Origin: Candidatus Altimarinota bacterium
GTDB taxonomy: Bacteria; Patescibacteriota; Gracilibacteria; UBA1369
Direction of reading: 5' to 3'
DNA: 32,000 nt
NCBI GenBank assembly: GCA_041659405.1
Contig: JBAZYK010000002.1
Coordinates: 127,974 to 159,973, forward strand
The translations under genes and the position numbers were made by a program. A model generated the notes under the pieces. That model ran no database searches, was not told the origin of the DNA, and saw nothing but the letters and a program-made list of their open reading frames with translations. Below, piece after piece: positions 28,247 to 32,000 of this stretch. Within the stretch, counting starts at the first letter, position 1, and each line of letters starts with the position of its first letter.

Positions 28247-28264
28247 ACAGTTTTGTAATTAATA

Positions 28265-29395
28265 TTATGGACGAATTTTTGCACTGGTTGGGTGTTCCTT
28301 TAACTTCTGCAACACTTTTGCCTCGATCTGACGAATACGTTCACGTGTTACGCGGAATTCATGACCAACTTCTTCCAAAGTGTGACCAACGCCATCTTTT
28401 AGACCAAAACGCATTTCAATGATTTTGCGTTCACGTGGTGAAAGGTACTGAAGCATCTCATGAATATTCTCTTTAATCAACTGACGATTTGTAGCTTCAG
28501 AAGGAGAAAGAGCATCATCATCTTCAATAAAATCGCCCAATTTACTGTCTTCTTCGGTACCAACCGGAGCTTCCAAAGAAACGATATCCTGAGAAATCTT
28601 TAAAATGTGGCGAACCTTTTTAACATCCATATCCATTTCCGCAGCCAACTCTTCTACCAATGGTTCACGACCAAGTTCCTGCACCAGACGGCGTTGCGCA
28701 TGGGTAAGCTTGTTAATTGTTTCCACCATGTGCACCGGAATACGAATTGTACGAGCCTGATCAGCAATGGCACGGGTAATCGCCTGTCTAATCCACCATG
28801 TTGCATACGTAGAAAATTTAAAACCACGATCCGGATCAAATTTTTCAACCGCACGGAAAAGACCAATATTTCCTTCCTGAATCAAATCCAAAAAAGAAAG
28901 TCCACGGCCAATATATTTTTTTGCGATACTAACCACCAAACGAAGATTGGCTTCAGCCAGCCGTTGTTTTGCAGTCTGATCACCTTTTTTAATACGTCTG
29001 GCCAAGTCAATTTCTTCTTTTCCGGTTAAAAGTGCCACCTTCCCAATTTCGCACAAATTTAAGCGAATTGAATCATTGGCAATTTCACGAAGCTCCACTG
29101 TTTTTGCAACTTTCTTGATTTTTTGTTCTACCGCCACCGCTTCGTCATCTTTTTCTTCCTTCATGATCAAAGCGTCTTTAGCGTCGACGATTTCAATACC
29201 CAAATCAAAGAAAAGAGCATAGATTTCATCAAGTAAAATCAAATCTTCCTCAACATTCGGCATAGCCTTTAAAAGCTCCTGTTGCGTAACAAAACCATGT
29301 TCTCGTCCCTTTTTGACGAGTTCGCGCACCTGTACGGGAAATTGATTTAGCTTGTCGTCGGTTGGTTGAACGATGAACTTTTTAGTTCTTGCCAT
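28265..29395 (-). CDS. rpoD: RNA polymerase primary sigma factor (sigma-70 family, group 1)
   Basis: Region 2 is [54 protein letters not shown]. Region 4 is [27 protein letters not shown]. Confidence 0.95.
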   Translation of the reverse strand: MARTKKFIVQPTDDKLNQFPVQVRELVKKGREHGFVTQQELLKAMPNVEEDLILLDEIYALFFDLGIEIVDAKDALIMKEEKDDEAVAVEQKIKKVAKTVELREIANDSIRLNLCEIGKVALLTGKEEIDLARRIKKGDQTAKQRLAEANLRLVVSIAKKYIGRGLSFLDLIQEGNIGLFRAVEKFDPDRGFKFSTYATWWIRQAITRAIADQARTIRIPVHMVETINKLTHAQRRLVQELGREPLVEELAAEMDMDVKKVRHILKISQDIVSLEAPVGTEEDSKLGDFIEDDDALSPSEATNRQLIKENIHEMLQYLSPRERKIIEMRFGLKDGVGHTLEEVGHEFRVTRERIRQIEAKVLQKLKEHPTSAKIRP

Positions 29396-29422
29396 AAAAT
29401 GAAATAAATCTAAATGAATGCG

Positions 29423-31195
29423 TTAAGCGGTATGAAGATGATGCAGCTCAGAGAGAAGTTGTTCCCGCAGCGCTTTATCACCGGTCTTTTCCGCCTGGAT
29501 GAGTTGTAACTGTAAGTTACGTTTTTTATTACCGAAATAGTTCTTTTTTAAGCTCAGAATTAAACCTTTGATCTCTTCTTCCACAACACTTTCGGCCATT
29601 TCTCCATACATCTCACTGATGTAAAAAGAAATAAACGATGCCTTTTCGGCTAGTTCTTGCGGTAAGGAGGCAATAAAATGCTTGACCAGGTAATCTGGGC
29701 CGAGCCTATTATAATTATCGAGAAAAGCCTTGTAAATAGCTTTTAAGTCCTCCGAAAAAAGCTCTTCCTGAATTTGATCCTTATAAATCTGCCCAAGTCG
29801 AGCAAACTCAATCAGGAAGCCAAGTAATAGCTCATCAGAAGAATATTTCTTAACTTTGAGTTCCTCCAGGCCTTCATGGATTCTGGCCGGATGAAATTTT
29901 GAAAGCTTGAAATTCTTGATTTCGTCATATATTTGAACCTCCGTCAATTGAAGATCACAGGCTAATTTACGCACAAAATCATCTTTTTCAATCGAACTTC
30001 CCAAAGTTGAAAAAAAGTTATTAAATTCCTGCAAGATTTTTCTTTTTGCCTGAATCGTTTCTATTCCATAAGTTTTAATCAGTTTTTGATAAACATAATC
30101 ACCATAAGTTTGAGATTTAGCGACCAAATCAATCAATTCCTGTGCATGAGTAAGCGCAAATTCAGCAATATCTTTTCCCGATGAAAGTTCCAAAACTTTA
30201 ATTTCCAGATCGAAATCGGAAACCAGATCGAACGCACGTTTTGCAGCTTCCTGCCCGGCCAAATCCATATCAAATCCCAAAATCAAACTCTTCACAAAAG
30301 GTTGCAAAAGACGCATTTGTTGGAGTGTAAAAGCCGTTCCGGAAGAGGCAACCACATTTTTCACACCCGACTGATAAGCCGCCAAAAAATCCATATATCC
30401 TTCCACAATTAAAACCGTTTCCTGACGCTTAAGCTCTAATTTGGTCGCAGAAAATCCATACAAAATATGACTTTTGTGATAAATGGCAGTTTCCGGAGAA
30501 TTTAAATATTTAGGTTCCTGATCTTTCTTCAAAGCGCGCCCACCAAAGCCAACAACTCGACTAAGACTATCCAAAATAGGAAACATCAATCTTCCCCTAA
30601 AACGATCATAAATGTGTTCAAGCGTAGTATCTTTTGTCATCGCCAAACCGGAAGAAATCAGCATTTTCTTGGTAAACCCCTCTTTCAACAACATTGTATT
30701 GGTTTGATCAAAAGAATCAGGCGCAAACCCCAAACGAAACTGTTTGATAGTTTCATCCGTTAGACCTCTGACATGCAGATAATCCAGAACTTTTTCTCCA
30801 TCTTTAGTTTCCCAAAGACATTTTTGATAAAAAGCGGCAGAAAGTTCATGGATATGGAGCAACTGCTCTTTCTCGTCTACAGAAATACGCTTTACAGGTT
30901 GATATTGTTTCAATTCCACACCGGTTCGCTCTGCTAAAAGTTTTAGAGCATCAACAAAATCCACATTTTCAATTTCCTCGATAAATTTAAAAACATCGCC
31001 GCCTTTGTGGCAGCCAAAACAATAGGCAATTCCACGTTCCGGATTGACCACAAAACTTGGCGTTTTTTCAGCATGAAAAGGACACAAACCTTTAAAACTG
31101 TTTCCAACTTTTTTTAATTGAACGTACTGAGAAACAAGATCCTCGATTGCAATTTTGGACTTAATATCCGCTACGGCGTCGTTCATAAAAAACAT
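29423..31195 (-). CDS. dnaG: DNA primase
   Basis: Zinc ribbon CPFHAEKTPSFVVNPERGIAYCFGCHKGGDVFKF and TOPRIM region LIVEGYMDFLAAYQSGVKNVVASSGTA...GFDMDLAGQEAA. Confidence 0.95.
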   Translation of the reverse strand: MFFMNDAVADIKSKIAIEDLVSQYVQLKKVGNSFKGLCPFHAEKTPSFVVNPERGIAYCFGCHKGGDVFKFIEEIENVDFVDALKLLAERTGVELKQYQPVKRISVDEKEQLLHIHELSAAFYQKCLWETKDGEKVLDYLHVRGLTDETIKQFRLGFAPDSFDQTNTMLLKEGFTKKMLISSGLAMTKDTTLEHIYDRFRGRLMFPILDSLSRVVGFGGRALKKDQEPKYLNSPETAIYHKSHILYGFSATKLELKRQETVLIVEGYMDFLAAYQSGVKNVVASSGTAFTLQQMRLLQPFVKSLILGFDMDLAGQEAAKRAFDLVSDFDLEIKVLELSSGKDIAEFALTHAQELIDLVAKSQTYGDYVYQKLIKTYGIETIQAKRKILQEFNNFFSTLGSSIEKDDFVRKLACDLQLTEVQIYDEIKNFKLSKFHPARIHEGLEELKVKKYSSDELLLGFLIEFARLGQIYKDQIQEELFSEDLKAIYKAFLDNYNRLGPDYLVKHFIASLPQELAEKASFISFYISEMYGEMAESVVEEEIKGLILSLKKNYFGNKKRNLQLQLIQAEKTGDKALREQLLSELHHLHTA

Positions 31196-31261
31196 TTAAA
31201 AGCACTTACTTATACCGTAAATAACGCCCTTAAAGCAAGAAACTTAAAAAGACACACTCAA

Positions 31262-31810
31262 CTAAAGCACATTTTTATCACCTTGATAAACGGATTCCCA
31301 TTTTTGGGAATCAAAAGTTTCCCAACGAACAATAGTTCCGTCTCTATCAAGAATAGGAGCTTTTCCATAGGGATAAGTTTTTCGAAGTTGAGCTTCCGAT
31401 TCCGGAATTTGATCCAAATCAATTGTATAAACCACTTCTTCGTCCCTTGCCGCTGCCGCTTTTACCAAGATAGGATCACCCTTTTTTACACCAGCATACC
31501 TTTGAATGTCAACATACTTATTACAAATATCACCCTCCTCATCCTCAGCTCCAACATATACCTCCCTAATAGGCAAAATGTCATTCTGATCTGTCCCGAA
31601 CTCTGCCAAAGCTTTTAAAACTTCTCCATATGTAATTTGACAAATCTCACCTGTTTTTTTCTTTGAGGGCATATCAATCCTTCCAAAACCATCCATTTCA
31701 ATAGATTCCGGCAGATGGTCGTATTGAGCAATAGCATCCTTAAAATCATTAGCAGTGAAAACCGCAAAACCTAAAACCGCAGGAGCAACATATTTAGATA
31801 ATCTATTCAT
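31262..31810 (-). CDS. hypothetical exported protein (182 aa)
   Basis: Signal-peptide-like N-terminus (MNRLSKYVAPAVLGFAVFTANDF) followed by an acidic, balanced composition. It is the first gene of the minus-strand block and I recognised no family. Confidence 0.55.
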   Translation of the reverse strand: MNRLSKYVAPAVLGFAVFTANDFKDAIAQYDHLPESIEMDGFGRIDMPSKKKTGEICQITYGEVLKALAEFGTDQNDILPIREVYVGAEDEEGDICNKYVDIQRYAGVKKGDPILVKAAAARDEEVVYTIDLDQIPESEAQLRKTYPYGKAPILDRDGTIVRWETFDSQKWESVYQGDKNVL

Positions 31811-31836
31811 ATATGCAATTATTTAATCGAGGCCTT

Positions 31837-31864
31837 AATGTATCACAAACCTGCAAAATGTCAA
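31837..31864 (-). promoter_or_regulatory. candidate sigma70-type promoter for the hypothetical-dnaG-rpoD-greA block
   Basis: On the minus strand: TTGACA (31864..31859), a 16-nt spacer, then TGaTACATT (-10 at 31842..31837). It lies about 27 nt upstream of the ATG at 31810. Confidence 0.45.
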
Positions 31865-31950
31865 GTGGTGGATTCACCCCTTTCCAAGATTTCGAGAGTG
31901 CGAGACGGATTTGATATTGAGGGAAAGAGAAAAAACAGGTTTTAAGCCAC

Positions 31951-31998
31951 AACAAAAAGAGGGATGATGAAAGATGACTAAATCATCACCATTCCCTC
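31951..31998 (-). terminator. rho-independent terminator of an upstream minus-strand gene lying beyond the window edge
   Basis: On the minus strand: GAGGGA-(AUGG bulge)-UGAUGA, a 12-nt loop, UCAUCA-UCCCUC, then UUUUUGUU. Confidence 0.5.
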
Positions 31999-32000
31999 CA

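Noticed and set aside
31118-31618. 166-aa +strand ORF spanning the dnaG start and the 182-aa hypothetical gene
   Set aside because: It is a low-complexity Asn/Ile/Phe/Ser/Arg-rich translation antisense to two better-supported minus-strand ORFs. The minus-strand 182-aa product has a signal-peptide-like N-terminus and balanced composition.

Overview
AT-rich, tightly packed window that is almost entirely housekeeping. It looks like a small-genome uncultivated bacterium; CPR/Patescibacteria-like is only my guess. Standard genetic code. I saw no Shine-Dalgarno motif upstream of the starts I inspected. Many gene junctions overlap (TAATG, ATGA).

From 1 to 26.2 kb every gene except one small ORF is on the + strand: ruvA (3' part), pgi, M24 aminopeptidase, purQ fusion, glmS, a frameshifted short asparaginase, pyk, ruvC, a TPR protein, pilD, gpmI, a manC-like gene plus a separate cupin, a 1080-aa secDF, tRNA-Arg(UCG), an alpha/beta hydrolase-DUF1858 fusion, priA, trpS, pyrG, a coiled-coil membrane protein, lgt and a small membrane protein. 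From 26.2 kb onward a convergent minus-strand block reads hypothetical-dnaG-rpoD-greA-hypothetical.

I found no CRISPR array, transposase, integrase, recognisable defence or toxin-antitoxin module, and no multi-gene cluster I could honestly call a novel system.

The unusual content is at the domain and RNA level:
- Parvulin (PPIase) domains inserted in the periplasmic head of SecDF.
- A PurQ glutaminase fused to two PurS-like domains, with no PurL in the window.
- A short-chain asparaginase split at an A AAA AAA slippery run.
- An RBBP9/YdeN-type hydrolase fused to DUF1858.
- A membrane protein with PilC/GspF-N-terminus-like repeats.
- Two GC-rich structured intergenic islands, one after the tRNA and one in the rpoD-greA spacer.

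All homology statements come from motif recognition by eye. No searches were run.
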